Positions 45,193 to 56,018 are shown, counted from the first letter of the stretch. The stretch is DNA of 64,000 bases from Candidatus Zixiibacteriota bacterium (GCA_024280215.1 JAJRQO010000006.1:10986-74985), one strand, 5' to 3'. The notes: generated by a model from the letters alone, not told the origin. Program-made: numbers and translations.

Positions 45193-46182
45193 TTATGATA
45201 ACATCAACAAAGCAACACCACCTACAGCGATAATAGTTCCAGTCACAATTCGAAGTGAAAGTTTTTCTTTTTGCAAAATCCGAGTAAGCGGTAGCAACCA
45301 AATCGGAGTTGTAGAATTAAGGGTTGCTGCTATTCCTGCGGCAATATATTTGACCGCCAGTAGTGACATCCATACTCCCATAAATGGACCAAAAATTGCT
45401 CCCCCCATACTATAGCCCATCGCCTTTCTATTTTTCATAACGGCAATTGTTTCGCCTATTTGTCCCCTAAATGCCGAAATCGTCCAGATACAAACAAGAG
45501 AAACCAGCATACGAATAAACGAAGCTTCCATCGGTGGAATCTCATCACCAACGTTGAGCATAGCATGCTTGGCAAGGACAAGCCCTGCTGCTTGACCAAA
45601 GGCAGCAACCAAGCCCAAGAGAACACCTCGACGAAGTGAACCCGAATCAGGATGACTTTCATGTAGATTATTATTTTTATAGGCTCTCTCAGAAATGACC
45701 CAACCAATTCCCCCCATCGTAAGGGAGATACCTACCATATCAAGTAAGTTCAAAGTTTCACCAAGAAAGAACCAAGCAATTATAGTTGCCATGACAGGAG
45801 CCAACGAATACAGAAGCGAAGTCAGCCGAGGACCTATCATTACCAACGCTTTAAACCCAGCACCATCACCAATGACAAGTCCGATAATGCCTGACAACCC
45901 TAACCAAAAAACATGCTCTAATGTTAGTACTTCTGGAAACAAAGATCCTTTGTAAATCAATAAAACGATAACATAAATAAATACCGCCATAACCAAACGA
46001 ATCATATTGACTTTGAATGAGCCAATTAATTTTCCAGCCTCAGAAAAAAAGAGTGATGTAAATGCCCAACATAGGGCAGTTGTCAGGGCAGCAGCTTCTC
46101 CAATAAATTCCATGAGGCGAATATAGAGAGGATATACTAAAAGAGCAAACAACTGATTGGTAAGTAATGAAACTGATTGCAT
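45193..46182 (-). CDS. EamA/DMT-family transporter
   Basis: 10 TM segments in two EamA-like halves (ALCWAFTSLFFSEAGK...). A start at M24 (46113) is plausible. Confidence 0.75.
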   Translation of the reverse strand: MQSVSLLTNQLFALLVYPLYIRLMEFIGEAAALTTALCWAFTSLFFSEAGKLIGSFKVNMIRLVMAVFIYVIVLLIYKGSLFPEVLTLEHVFWLGLSGIIGLVIGDGAGFKALVMIGPRLTSLLYSLAPVMATIIAWFFLGETLNLLDMVGISLTMGGIGWVISERAYKNNNLHESHPDSGSLRRGVLLGLVAAFGQAAGLVLAKHAMLNVGDEIPPMEASFIRMLVSLVCIWTISAFRGQIGETIAVMKNRKAMGYSMGGAIFGPFMGVWMSLLAVKYIAAGIAATLNSTTPIWLLPLTRILQKEKLSLRIVTGTIIAVGGVALLMLS

Positions 46183-46307
46183 ATAACATACTGTTCTAAT
46201 CTATGTTTGAAAATTCATATAAACTGTATCTCTATACACTAACTCATGTTACGAATTCACTAACTTTTGTTATTTTTGGCATATCTTTTGAACTATATAT
46301 CATTGTT

Positions 46308-48599
46308 ATGAAAAATAAATTCTTCTACATTTCAAAATTTACTCTTTTTCTACTTATAAGTATGACGTTTATAAATAGTGCTAATACAGAAGCAGCCTCA
46401 GGTTCGATAGAAGGTCAGGTTATAGATGTATTTGAAAATCAAATTATAGGAGCGACCGTTTTACTTTTGGATAATAATACAATAGTCAAAGGGATTGCAA
46501 CTGATGAAGATGGACGGTTTTTCTTTTCGTATAAAGACGCAAACTCTTTAACAATTCAGGTGCGGGCAATAGGATATAATAATTCGCTTCTCAAAGTAAA
46601 TAATAAAAAGACAATACTCGTAAAATTAGATAAAGCAATAATAAATCTTGCCCCAATCTCAGTTCTCTCTACAATAGATAAGTCAACTGAAGTAACAATA
46701 ATATCACAAAAACAATTTGAACAACGATCAAAAAATTCTATCATAACAAATAATCCAATCAACGCTCTCAAACAACCACAGATGCTCAAGCAAGGATCGG
46801 CGTTATCATCAAAGTTGAGAATTAATGGAACCGCTCCATCATACTATTTTCATAATTCTCCGATTGGTTATGACCCAAATCATTATGGAATGTTTTCAGT
46901 TATTCCCGCATCGGTAGTCAGTTCTATAAAATTTTATCCGAATGGTTCCCCAGCAGAATACCAACTTCCTACTGTGATAGATTTACTCCCAAAGAAGAAT
47001 TTTGATGAACACCTTACCAAGTCAGCTCAGTTTTCATTAGTACAATCAACTGGAACTTTTTCATATGGACAGAAAAATTTCTATACAATTGCAACTGTTC
47101 GAAAATCTGTACTGGATAAATTGATAAAATATTTTGATGTTGAGTCTAACCGTAGGACGATTCCACCTACTAACTTTGAAGATATTGTCATCTCAACTGG
47201 ATATAAGTTAAACAGTAAATCAACATTATATATCGACCAGTTATATACTCGTGATTATTTAGCATACAATACAGGTGCGACATCTAATAATAAATTTGGT
47301 TTAAACACTTACCAACATACTAAGACTTCATTTATTGGTTTAAGTTATCAATATGCAGGTAATAATTCACTCTTGAAAATAAAACTCAGTAATAAAAATA
47401 AAAATGAAGAATTTGAAGCGACACCTCCATTTGAAAATTTACAGGGTTTGGACTTACTTCTATCAGAATCAAATAATCAGTATGCTGGCAAGGTGACGCT
47501 CAGTAATTATTTTAACAATATTGATATTACAAATGGATTTGAATTTGATTATAGTCCAAATAGGAAAACTGAACTTGCACAAATCAACTGGAATCACAAA
47601 TCACCAGATGCTACCAGCAATAATCCCTTTGCCTACCAGTATGAGATGAATCAATTATTCAGTCATCTATCGTTTTCAAGTAATGATTATACCGTATCTT
47701 TATTTTCACAATTCAAGTATGAAAATAGTAAAATAAAAATTAACTCTGGATTTCGATTAGAAAAATATGCTCACCTAAAGGAAAAGTTGTCAATGTTATA
47801 TAGACAAAGGCTGACGTATGTATTTACAGAGAACAATTCTATTTCAATTTTTGCTGGTAGCTTTGCTGAAAGCCCTGTAAAAAATATTCTTGAAAACTAT
47901 CAAGTTCTTACAAGATTATTTCAATCGGAACTTTCACCTCAATTAACTAATCTCTTATCTCTGACCTATCAACAATCTAATCTAAAATTTTCTGTTTTTA
48001 CAAAACAAATAAACAATATTGCCTCACCGCATATTGATTACAGTAAAGTAATCTCTAAAAAACAGGTAACAGATGGTTTTATCACAATGCAATCAAATGG
48101 AAGTTTGGATTTTATCGGTGGAGATATTTCTTACGACAAAAAGAATTTTCTCTTTTCAAATTTAGATATGTATACTTTTTATGGTTTTACGAAAGCAAGT
48201 AAAGAATCTGACGGTTATAAATCTTTGTATGAGCTAAATGCTCCGCACAAATTTATGGTAGAACTTACGTATCAGAAATCAAACAATGTATCGTTTGGGA
48301 CAGAGTTAAATTATCATTCAGGTTTTGCTTACACCCCTTATATAGAACAGTATCATTATACAAAAGATGAACGGTATAAAAAATCGTACTATGATTATTT
48401 ACGGTCATTTGAAAATTCTGAAAAGTTCCCCGCATATTATTCATTAAATCTTTTTTTGAACTATACATTTTCAGACAAAGAATTAAACTTTTCAATATCG
48501 AATCTGACCAACCGTGCTAATCCAGTAGTACATACATCTGACGGGTATATCTATGACCCTGGTGTGATGCCATCGATAGCTTTTAATTGGAAATTGTAA
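46308..48599 (+). CDS. TonB-dependent-receptor-like outer-membrane protein with an N-terminal carboxypeptidase-regulatory-like domain
   Basis: Signal peptide from M36 (MKNKFFYISKFTLFLLISMTFINSANTEA). CarboxypepD_reg motif GSIEGQVID...GATVLLLD...GIATDEDGRFFF. There is a degenerate plug-like segment (LRINGTAPSYYF...IKFYPNGSPAEY), a long beta-rich body, and an aromatic C-terminus (FNWKL). Confidence 0.6.
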   Translation: MKNKFFYISKFTLFLLISMTFINSANTEAASGSIEGQVIDVFENQIIGATVLLLDNNTIVKGIATDEDGRFFFSYKDANSLTIQVRAIGYNNSLLKVNNKKTILVKLDKAIINLAPISVLSTIDKSTEVTIISQKQFEQRSKNSIITNNPINALKQPQMLKQGSALSSKLRINGTAPSYYFHNSPIGYDPNHYGMFSVIPASVVSSIKFYPNGSPAEYQLPTVIDLLPKKNFDEHLTKSAQFSLVQSTGTFSYGQKNFYTIATVRKSVLDKLIKYFDVESNRRTIPPTNFEDIVISTGYKLNSKSTLYIDQLYTRDYLAYNTGATSNNKFGLNTYQHTKTSFIGLSYQYAGNNSLLKIKLSNKNKNEEFEATPPFENLQGLDLLLSESNNQYAGKVTLSNYFNNIDITNGFEFDYSPNRKTELAQINWNHKSPDATSNNPFAYQYEMNQLFSHLSFSSNDYTVSLFSQFKYENSKIKINSGFRLEKYAHLKEKLSMLYRQRLTYVFTENNSISIFAGSFAESPVKNILENYQVLTRLFQSELSPQLTNLLSLTYQQSNLKFSVFTKQINNIASPHIDYSKVISKKQVTDGFITMQSNGSLDFIGGDISYDKKNFLFSNLDMYTFYGFTKASKESDGYKSLYELNAPHKFMVELTYQKSNNVSFGTELNYHSGFAYTPYIEQYHYTKDERYKKSYYDYLRSFENSEKFPAYYSLNLFLNYTFSDKELNFSISNLTNRANPVVHTSDGYIYDPGVMPSIAFNWKL

Positions 48600-48629
48600 C
48601 TCTCTCTCTTTTTATTCCTTCGTTAATAT

Positions 48630-48658
48630 TTGACAAATACAAAGTACTCTATTATTAT
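48630..48658 (+). promoter_or_regulatory. candidate sigma-70-type promoter
   Basis: TTGACA, a 17-nt spacer, then TATTAT, ending 47 nt upstream of the ATG at 48705. AT-rich background makes chance matches likely. Confidence 0.3.
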
Positions 48659-48704
48659 TGTGAAATAGAATGTGATATGAATCAAAATAATGGAGAGGTC
48701 TAAT

Positions 48705-49865
48705 ATGAACACGAAATTTATCTTACCATGCTTATGTATACTTTTTTTTGCTGCAAACATATCTGCTCAAGTAAAGAATCAGCCCTTATTATTTGCGAGA
48801 ATCATAAACTCACCTCGAGCAGTAGGTATGGGTGGTATATCGGCAAATCTGGTTGATGCCCAGTCGGCACTTTACAACCCAGGTGCCTTTGGTGTTTTTT
48901 CATTAGACAATAATTTTTCTCTTTCATTACCAAACAACACAAAATGGTTAGAACAGTTAGCCGATGACCTTCATTTACAAACTTGGTCGGTTGGTGGTGG
49001 CTACTCTCACATTAAAAGTAATCAAGACGATAAAACACAATTCAAATATGCTATCGGTCTTTCTTATTCAGAAAGGATTCTTGATTATGGCAGAGTGTCT
49101 CGGATGGATCAAGTAGGCAATCCATTGGATTCATTTTATCCAAAAGATCAAATCAATTCATATACAATTGCTTTTGGAATAGACTATAAAATTCAAATTG
49201 GTATAGGATACTCTCTAAAGAAGTATAGTACAGATGATCAATTGATTATGGTTGGAGGTCCATTACCTTCTACTGAAACAACTGGGAATATGTATGACTT
49301 TGGTTTGTTAATTGAATTCCCTTTACATGAGCTTTTTCAGTTGGTACCATCAAATGTAAACAATATGAGTTTTGAGATGACCCCTTCACTTTCATTTGTG
49401 AAATCTAATCTCGGTGATAATATAGGACCTGTCCTCATCGGAGGAGCAGCACAACCTCCCAAAGCAAGAAAATTTGGTTTTGGATTAAACTTATATCTTT
49501 TATACAACGCAAAAAACTATATAAGCTTTCAGTTTGTTTATGAAAAAGAACGAGACCTTGTTGTTGATAAAGATTTATTCACCAGAAAAGGTTTAGAGTT
49601 TGGACTGATGAACACAATATTCTTACGTTCTGGAAATGTTGAAGATCTCATATATACAGATTCTGATTATTCATCATACGGAATTGGATTTAGTTTGCGA
49701 GGACTTTTAACAGCATTCCATGGTTCAAATTCAAATGATAATACAACCGATACTATGGGATACATTCTTAAAAATATCGACGTGAATTTTGACTGGGCAA
49801 AAATAAACGAGGAGAGTTCTCTTTTGGATGACACAAAGTTTATGAAACTCTCGATAACGATATAA
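48705..49865 (+). CDS. PorV/PorQ-family-like outer-membrane beta-barrel protein
   Basis: The ATG at 48705 is preceded by GGAGAG, and there is a signal peptide. The motif SPRAVGMGGISANLVDAQSALYNPGAFG resembles the aR..GMGga......Da.a...NPA.l signature of PorV/PorQ-type barrels. Confidence 0.45.
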   Translation: MNTKFILPCLCILFFAANISAQVKNQPLLFARIINSPRAVGMGGISANLVDAQSALYNPGAFGVFSLDNNFSLSLPNNTKWLEQLADDLHLQTWSVGGGYSHIKSNQDDKTQFKYAIGLSYSERILDYGRVSRMDQVGNPLDSFYPKDQINSYTIAFGIDYKIQIGIGYSLKKYSTDDQLIMVGGPLPSTETTGNMYDFGLLIEFPLHELFQLVPSNVNNMSFEMTPSLSFVKSNLGDNIGPVLIGGAAQPPKARKFGFGLNLYLLYNAKNYISFQFVYEKERDLVVDKDLFTRKGLEFGLMNTIFLRSGNVEDLIYTDSDYSSYGIGFSLRGLLTAFHGSNSNDNTTDTMGYILKNIDVNFDWAKINEESSLLDDTKFMKLSITI

Positions 49866-49879
49866 AATAATTATCTAAT

Positions 49880-49912
49880 AAAAAAAGGGCAAGTCTCAAA
49901 AGCGAGACCTGC
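49880..49912 (-). terminator. rho-independent terminator after gyrA
   Basis: The stem ggcaagtctc / gagacctgcc has one mismatch. On the minus strand it is followed by TTTTTTT. Confidence 0.7.
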
Positions 49913-49962
49913 CTTACTCTATACTATCATAGCGGAACAGGCAAGCCTGCTCCCTACAAAAT

Positions 49963-52389
49963 TTAGTCTTCGTTTACGACACGGGCGACATCGGTAACTT
50001 TGTCGTCACCTTTCAGCTTAATCAATCGAACACCTTGAGTGTTACGACCGATGACTTTGATATCCTTAACCGACTGACGGTTGGCGATACCATTTTGTGT
50101 CATCAAGATAAGTTCATCTTGGTTGAGAACTTCTTTGATTGTAACAACCTCACCATTGCGATCAGATGCTTTCATATTGATAACACCTTTCCCACCACGA
50201 TTAGTCATACGGTAATCATCAATCTTCGTCCGTTTGCCATATCCGTTCTCAGAGACAACCAGCAAAGAACTATCTCGCTTAACAGCTACCATGCCGATAA
50301 CATAATCATCTTTGGAAAGATTGATTCCTCGAACACCATAGGCAGTACGACCCATCGAACGAACTTTTTCTTCTGGGAAACGGATAGCCATGCCCATCCG
50401 AGTCGCTAAGACGATTTCGTAATCACCATCGGTGATTGCTGCTTCGATAAGCTCATCGTCAACAGGTAAGTTCATCGCATTGACTCCTGCTTTACGAGGA
50501 TTTGAGAATGCGGTGAGTGGAGTTTTTTTGATTTGACCATTCTTCGTAGCCATGACAATAAAGTTATCATCGGAGAACTCTCTTACTTTACAGAAAGCAG
50601 TAATCGTTTCACCCTTTTCAAGCTGACAGAGATGGACAATCGGTTTTCCTTTGGCGAGTTTACCCGATGTTGGAATAGTGTGTACTTTGACCCAGTAGAC
50701 TCTACCCTTGGTTGAGAAGAACAAAATATAGTCATGGGTCGAAGCTATAAAGAGATGTTCCGCAAAATCTTCTTCACGAGTTTCGATTCCCTTGACACCT
50801 TTGCCACCACGGTTTTGTTTTTTGTATTGAGAAACTGAAAGACGCTTCACATAACCAAGATGCGAAATAGTGATGACCATTTCTTCTTCGGCGATAAGAT
50901 CTTCAACTGTCATATCATCGACAGCATCTTGAATCTCTGTCCGTCGTTCATCACCAAATTTGGTGGCAATCTCTTTTGTTTCATCAATGATGATTTGCAT
51001 CCGTAAAGACTTAGATGCTAAGATAGCTTTGAGTTTTGTAATCAGTTTAATAAGTGCCGCATATTCATCTTCAATTTTCTGACGTTCTAAACCAGTCAGA
51101 CGTGCTAAACGCATTTCTAAAATTGCGGTTGCTTGACGGTCGGATAGTTTGAATGTTTTCATCAAGCCAGTATGAGCAGTTGCGGTATCTTTGGACTTTT
51201 TTATCAACTCAATGACAGCATCAATATTGTCAAGAGCAATTCGATAGCCTTCTAAAATATGAGCTCTATCTTCAGCTTTTTTGAGTTCAAATTTTGTCCG
51301 TCTGGTAACAACTTCATGGCGATGCTCAATGAAACAATCAATCATCTGTTTGAGTGTCATCAGTTTTGGTACACCATGGTCAAGCGACAGCATGTTAGCA
51401 GAAAATGTATTTTGCATAGTTGTATGCTTATAGAGAAGATTCAAAATAATGTCAGCCTGTATGTCACGTTTGAGTTCGATGACAATTCGCATACCATCAC
51501 GATCCGACTCATCTCGTAAATCTGAAATACCTTCTATTCGTTTATCACGAACTAAGTCGGCAATTTTTTCAATCAGGTTTGATTTGTTGACCTGAAAAGG
51601 AATCTCTGAGATGATAATTGCTTCTCTGTTATTTTTAATTGACTCAATACCAACTTTGGCACGAACAGAAATATGACCTTTACCAGTTTTATAGGCTTGT
51701 ACAATCCCTGCCCGACCGTTGATAATACCGCCTGTAGGAAAATCAGGACCTGGTACGATTTCGATAAGGTCATCATTAGAAGTTTTTGGTTCATCGATAA
51801 CTTTTAGAATCGCTTCACAAATTTCAGTTAAGTTATGCGGTGGAATATTTGTCGCCATACCAACAGCGATACCAGTTGTACCATTACACAGCAGATTTGG
51901 AAATCTGCCAGGAAGAACTTTTGGCTCTTCACGAGTACCGTCATAGTTCGGCATAAAGTCAACGGTATCTTTGTCAATGTCTGCAAGCATCTCAACCGCT
52001 ATCGGAGTAAGACGTGCTTCAGTGTAACGCATCGCAGCGGCACCATCACCATCGATAGAACCAAAGTTACCCTGACCATCAACAAGCGGATAGCGAAGGT
52101 TGAAATCCTGAGCCATACGCACAAGCGTCGGATAGACAACCTGCTCACCATGTGGATGATAGTTACCCGAGGTATCACCAGCGATTTTGGCACATTTACG
52201 ATGCCCTTTGCCTGGAGCAAGATGCAGGTCGTTCATAGCGACCATGATTCGACGGTTGGATGGTTTCATACCATCACGAATATCTGGTAAAGCACGGTTA
52301 GTAATAACTGACATAGAATAGTCGAGGTATGAGGATTTCATTTCCTCTTCTAAAAATATCGTTTCAATTTTTTGGCGTTCAATTGCCAT
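49963..52389 (-). CDS. gyrA: DNA gyrase subunit A
   Basis: [27 protein letters not shown] (active-site Tyr), and C-terminal beta-pinwheel repeats. The length is 808 aa. Confidence 0.97.
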   Translation of the reverse strand: MAIERQKIETIFLEEEMKSSYLDYSMSVITNRALPDIRDGMKPSNRRIMVAMNDLHLAPGKGHRKCAKIAGDTSGNYHPHGEQVVYPTLVRMAQDFNLRYPLVDGQGNFGSIDGDGAAAMRYTEARLTPIAVEMLADIDKDTVDFMPNYDGTREEPKVLPGRFPNLLCNGTTGIAVGMATNIPPHNLTEICEAILKVIDEPKTSNDDLIEIVPGPDFPTGGIINGRAGIVQAYKTGKGHISVRAKVGIESIKNNREAIIISEIPFQVNKSNLIEKIADLVRDKRIEGISDLRDESDRDGMRIVIELKRDIQADIILNLLYKHTTMQNTFSANMLSLDHGVPKLMTLKQMIDCFIEHRHEVVTRRTKFELKKAEDRAHILEGYRIALDNIDAVIELIKKSKDTATAHTGLMKTFKLSDRQATAILEMRLARLTGLERQKIEDEYAALIKLITKLKAILASKSLRMQIIIDETKEIATKFGDERRTEIQDAVDDMTVEDLIAEEEMVITISHLGYVKRLSVSQYKKQNRGGKGVKGIETREEDFAEHLFIASTHDYILFFSTKGRVYWVKVHTIPTSGKLAKGKPIVHLCQLEKGETITAFCKVREFSDDNFIVMATKNGQIKKTPLTAFSNPRKAGVNAMNLPVDDELIEAAITDGDYEIVLATRMGMAIRFPEEKVRSMGRTAYGVRGINLSKDDYVIGMVAVKRDSSLLVVSENGYGKRTKIDDYRMTNRGGKGVINMKASDRNGEVVTIKEVLNQDELILMTQNGIANRQSVKDIKVIGRNTQGVRLIKLKGDDKVTDVARVVNED

Positions 52390-52469
52390 TTCGGAAGTCC
52401 TTATATGTAATTCTTATTTTCATAGTTATATACCCTAAAAATGTACGGTAAAAGAGTGCAAAAATCAAC

Positions 52470-52494
52470 AAAAAACAGCCGAAAGGCTGTTTTG
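52470..52494. terminator. bidirectional-looking stem-loop between gyrA and the divergent small gene
   Basis: The hairpin acagcc-gaaa-ggctgt is flanked by an A-run and a short T-run. It could stop minus-strand read-through entering gyrA. Its function is uncertain. Confidence 0.3.
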
Positions 52495-52633
52495 TATCTT
52501 ATTGTAGGGCAGTGGAATAGTGGCTATTTTTAGAGAATTAATTCTTTTTAAAATTAAATGATATTTAACAAAGTTCTCATTGAGTTTTGGGCTTTAATTC
52601 TCTATATATGTATAAGAAAAAAAGGAAAATCTC

Positions 52634-53142
52634 ATGACAAAATCATTCATGCAACTCACACTTTTTATATTATTATTTTGTTTTGTATCATACAGCACCG
52701 CCGGTGAAATTGAAAAAATCGAACTTTCAAATCTTGATGGAAACTGGGTAGGTTCAGGAGAATTTTAATCCCTGGTGTACATACCAAAGTCAGCATCGAT
52801 GGCAAAGCAAAATTTGCATATAATAAGAAAACAAAAAAACTTCGAACTTCTCTAAGTGGTGAAAAATTTATGTTCACATATAGTGACTCAGGGTATTTAT
52901 ATATCGACCCTGTCACTGATTCGGTTTCATGGGAGGTGTGGGACAACCGCAACAAGCATGCATTGTATCATGGTATTCGCAGAGATAAAAAAATTATTGG
53001 TGAACGTATGCGTGGGAAAGATTTGTATCAGTTAGTAATTGACCAAGTCGCCAAAGACACGATTGAGTTCAAACTTTTGATAACAGAACCAAGCGGAGCA
53101 GTTTTTGACAAAGCAGTTTTTAATTTGTGGCGGGTAAAGTAG
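52634..53142 (+). pseudogene. small secreted protein gene split by a frameshift (or an assembly error) at a T-run
   Basis: Frame 2 runs from the ATG at 52634: MTKSFMQLTLFILLFCFVSYSTAGEIEKIELSNLDGNWVGSGEF, then a stop at 52766..52768. Frame 1 is open from 52738 and continues IPGVHTKVSIDGKAKFAYN...FNLWRVK to 53142. Adding one T in tttt (52763..52766) gives a continuous ~169-aa ORF (..GSGEFLIPGVH..). Confidence 0.6.
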
Positions 53143-53145
53143 CCA

Positions 53146-54078
53146 TCACTTCGGTTCTAAGTCGTCGATGAAGAAGATGCTTTTGAGTTTTTCTTGTTGA
53201 AATTTCCACCGTTCAAAATGCAGTTGCCCAATTTCTGCCGCTACAAACATCGAAAAAACTGCATAGTAAATCCAAAACGATACTATTACCAAAAAGGCAT
53301 AAACACCATAAATATGCTGGAGAGTAACAACATGGCTCAGGTAATAGCCAAACAGAAATTCAGCAATACGCCAAAAAATTGTTGCCGCAACTGTACTGAC
53401 TAATACAATTCGGATGTTTGTTCTGCTAATAGGAATCAGCCAGAAGACAATAAAGAACATTGAGAATATTATTACAACTGAAACCAATTGAACTATAAAC
53501 GGTTCCAAAGTTCCCACTCCAACAGTCTCAAGCCAAGTGATATGGCTTGCAAATTCCATCACCGCAGAAACAAGGGGTAGTACAAAAATCGTCCCTGCGA
53601 ATAAAACCAAAACCGCAACTATCAAAACAAAATCATATAATTTTTCTATAAGGAATTTTTCACTGACATGTGGATGAAATATTTTGTTTAAAACTGTTCG
53701 TATAGAACTAAACAGAGAAGATCCCGCAAAGAGTAACCCAAAGGAACCAATCACTCCCGCTATTTTATTAAAATCAACAAGTGTTTTCAAACGGAGGGCA
53801 ACTTCCTGTTTTACAGCACCAGCGTACTCAGGATATGGAATGAAACGGTCAATCATTCTGTTTATTTCAGAATAAATCTCTGGCTGGTCAACAATATTGC
53901 CAAGAGCAAATAGTATAATCAATAGCAGTGGTATAACACAAACAAGCATGGTAAAGGCAACCCCCGCAGACATCAAAAAAAGATGATGCAGATCAATTCT
54001 CACATACAACCCAGAACAATAATAGCAGAACGATTGCCAATATGTTGTAAACTTATTTTGTTTGAGTTTCTTTGTCAT
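53146..54078 (-). CDS. YihY/BrkB-family (ribonuclease BN-like) membrane protein
   Basis: LFLMSAGVAFTMLVCVIPLLLIILF and six TM segments typical of the family. Confidence 0.7.
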   Translation of the reverse strand: MTKKLKQNKFTTYWQSFCYYCSGLYVRIDLHHLFLMSAGVAFTMLVCVIPLLLIILFALGNIVDQPEIYSEINRMIDRFIPYPEYAGAVKQEVALRLKTLVDFNKIAGVIGSFGLLFAGSSLFSSIRTVLNKIFHPHVSEKFLIEKLYDFVLIVAVLVLFAGTIFVLPLVSAVMEFASHITWLETVGVGTLEPFIVQLVSVVIIFSMFFIVFWLIPISRTNIRIVLVSTVAATIFWRIAEFLFGYYLSHVVTLQHIYGVYAFLVIVSFWIYYAVFSMFVAAEIGQLHFERWKFQQEKLKSIFFIDDLEPK

Positions 54079-54205
54079 AGGTTAAATATAGATGAGTTTA
54101 ACCTGAAGGTAAATGTAAAAATTGTGAGATATTTCTATTATGTGAACATACTTCGACTCTGCTCACATCCTGCAAGCTGTTCAGCATGACATATTATACA
54201 GTAAG

Positions 54206-54787
54206 CTATTTAACTTCGCCGATATATTCCCAATGCCAAGGCTCCCATGTTTTAAGCGTTTCGTTACCTTTGGGATAGGTTTCGATAAAACCAAATTTTG
54301 AGGCATTGTCTGTGAGCCATTGGTATGCTTTAGATTTTGAAAATGGGTAACTTTCAGTAGCAATATCTATTGAATTACCAATAGAATGACCGCTATAACC
54401 AGGAGGAGCAGCGTAGCGAATTATCTCGGCAAACTCTTTGCCCTCTTTAAGCCGTCTTCGTATCATCTGTTTTTGATACGATGGTGAACGGAAGCCTGAT
54501 TTACCAGTGAAAAATATGGAATCTACAAGCGCTGCTTGTGCCATAGCGACAAATGCTTTGGCAGCATCAGTTCGGATATAAATTTTATACTCTTTATAAC
54601 ATAATGAATCAGGCAGACGGGCGAGATCTTCATACTGTGCAATCAATGTTGTATCGATAAGTTTCCCGCACCAGACATCATCGATTTGATATTCAACAGA
54701 ATCAATCATGACGGTTTCATCGCAGGCAAATGTATGCTCAGAAAACGAAAAAATGATTATTAGAATTAAAAAAATATTTATCTTCAT
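54206..54787 (-). CDS. D-alanyl-D-alanine carboxypeptidase family protein (peptidase M15B/VanY-like)
   Basis: Signal peptide. Motifs SGFRSPSYQ, GYSGHSIGNSIDI and EPWHWEY correspond to Zn ligands. Confidence 0.8.
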   Translation of the reverse strand: MKINIFLILIIIFSFSEHTFACDETVMIDSVEYQIDDVWCGKLIDTTLIAQYEDLARLPDSLCYKEYKIYIRTDAAKAFVAMAQAALVDSIFFTGKSGFRSPSYQKQMIRRRLKEGKEFAEIIRYAAPPGYSGHSIGNSIDIATESYPFSKSKAYQWLTDNASKFGFIETYPKGNETLKTWEPWHWEYIGEVK

Positions 54788-55260
54788 CCGATATAATGCA
54801 ACTTTGAGTTAGATGTTGTCAAGAGCTCAGTTGTTTTATCATCAAGTTCTGAGGCTTTCACTTCGCCAATAAAAATAGTATGGTTCCCTGCTTTAGTAGT
54901 GCTGACAATTTCACAATCCAGATACCCAATCGCCCCAGGAATAAGCGGAGTTTTGGTTGCGGGTGAATCTGTGACCGAACTATTTTTCAGTTTATCATAA
55001 CCCGATTCAGCAGGACCAAAATATGTTTTGACAACATCATCCTGCCCTTTCCCAATCAGATTGACGACAAAAGCACCTGTTGATTGAAGAAGTCGTGAAG
55101 ACTGATGTTTGTTATGTACCGACACAGCAATCATAGGTGGTTCCGATGAAACCTGCATAACCCAGCTTGCGGTGAAGGCGTTGCCATCTGTCCCATCACC
55201 CATCGTGACAACATAGATACCATAGTTTAGTCTTTTTAAAATTTTTGAAATATCTTGCAT
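54784..55260 (-). CDS. flavin reductase-like FMN-binding protein
   Basis: GIYVVTM...NAFTASWVMQVSSEPPMIAVSV matches the split-barrel flavin reductase family. There is an ATGA overlap with the downstream gene. Confidence 0.8.
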   Translation of the reverse strand: MQDISKILKRLNYGIYVVTMGDGTDGNAFTASWVMQVSSEPPMIAVSVHNKHQSSRLLQSTGAFVVNLIGKGQDDVVKTYFGPAESGYDKLKNSSVTDSPATKTPLIPGAIGYLDCEIVSTTKAGNHTIFIGEVKASELDDKTTELLTTSNSKLHYIG

Positions 55261-55338
55261 GAGAGTTCTCTTTTGTTATTCGTTCATTTACAGAAAAGAT
55301 ACTACATAGACTAAATGAATCAACAATTAAATTTTACG

Positions 55339-55363
55339 AAAAAAAAGCCCGCTGAGGCGGGCT
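55339..55363 (-). terminator. rho-independent terminator after the ferritin gene
   Basis: The hairpin gcccgc-tgag-gcgggc is followed on the minus strand by eight T residues. Confidence 0.85.
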
Positions 55364-55371
55364 TTAGAAGA

Positions 55372-55884
55372 TTATTCAGACGCTTCAGCTCCACGCTGTG
55401 CGATAATAGTTTTAACTCTTTCTTCAAGTAAGAGTAACTGTGTCGGTCCAGCGAGGGTTACTAAATCATCAAGTTCTGTAACAGATGCAACCTCTTCAAT
55501 TTGTTCTTCTACATACCATTGTAAGAAATTGAAAGTCGCATTATCTTTATCTTCTCTTGCAACATTTACTAAATCAGAAATACAGTCTGTAATAAATTTT
55601 TCATGTTTCACTGTTTCTTTTACCATGGCTGCAATCGAACTACCATCAAATTCAGGTTTTTCTAATGCTGTCAGTTTCACTTCGACACCTTGGTCTAATA
55701 AATAAGAACACATTTTAGTTGCGTACATTCTTTCTTCCGCTTCCTGCATTTTGAACCATTCAGCGAAATATTTTAAACTCAGTTCTTCCGCTTTGAATGC
55801 CATAGCTAAATAAAGCCATCCTGAATAGAATTCATTTTTAATTTGTTCGTTAATGGCGTCAGCCATTTTTTGTGAAATCATCAT
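55372..55884 (-). CDS. ferritin (non-heme, Ftn-type)
   Basis: MMISQKMADAINEQIKNEFYSGWLYLAMA... and EEVEHA-like ferroxidase residues (QEAEERMYATKM; EEQIEEV). The SD AAGGAG lies 7 nt upstream of the ATG at 55884. The longer ORF N-terminus is unlikely to be coding. Confidence 0.85.
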   Translation of the reverse strand: MMISQKMADAINEQIKNEFYSGWLYLAMAFKAEELSLKYFAEWFKMQEAEERMYATKMCSYLLDQGVEVKLTALEKPEFDGSSIAAMVKETVKHEKFITDCISDLVNVAREDKDNATFNFLQWYVEEQIEEVASVTELDDLVTLAGPTQLLLLEERVKTIIAQRGAEASE

Positions 55885-56018
55885 ATTAAAACTCCTTACT
55901 AATATTTTAAAAGTATTGTTACATATTATACTATCAGAACAGTAATTTCTACAAAATGTGCCGAAAAACAAGCTATAAATTTAGAAATCTTTGATAGATG
56001 AAATTGCATTTCAATTTC

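Noticed and set aside
46277-46292. A sigma-54-like element tggcat-atctt-ttgaa, ending 16 nt upstream of the TBDR-like gene start.
   Set aside because: The spacing is correct, but the invariant -12 GC dinucleotide reads GA. The match is not convincing without a PWM score or experimental data.
52665-52955. A 96-aa minus-strand ORF opposite the frameshifted small gene.
   Set aside because: The plus strand offers a signal-peptide ORF plus a contiguous downstream frame that explains the region better.
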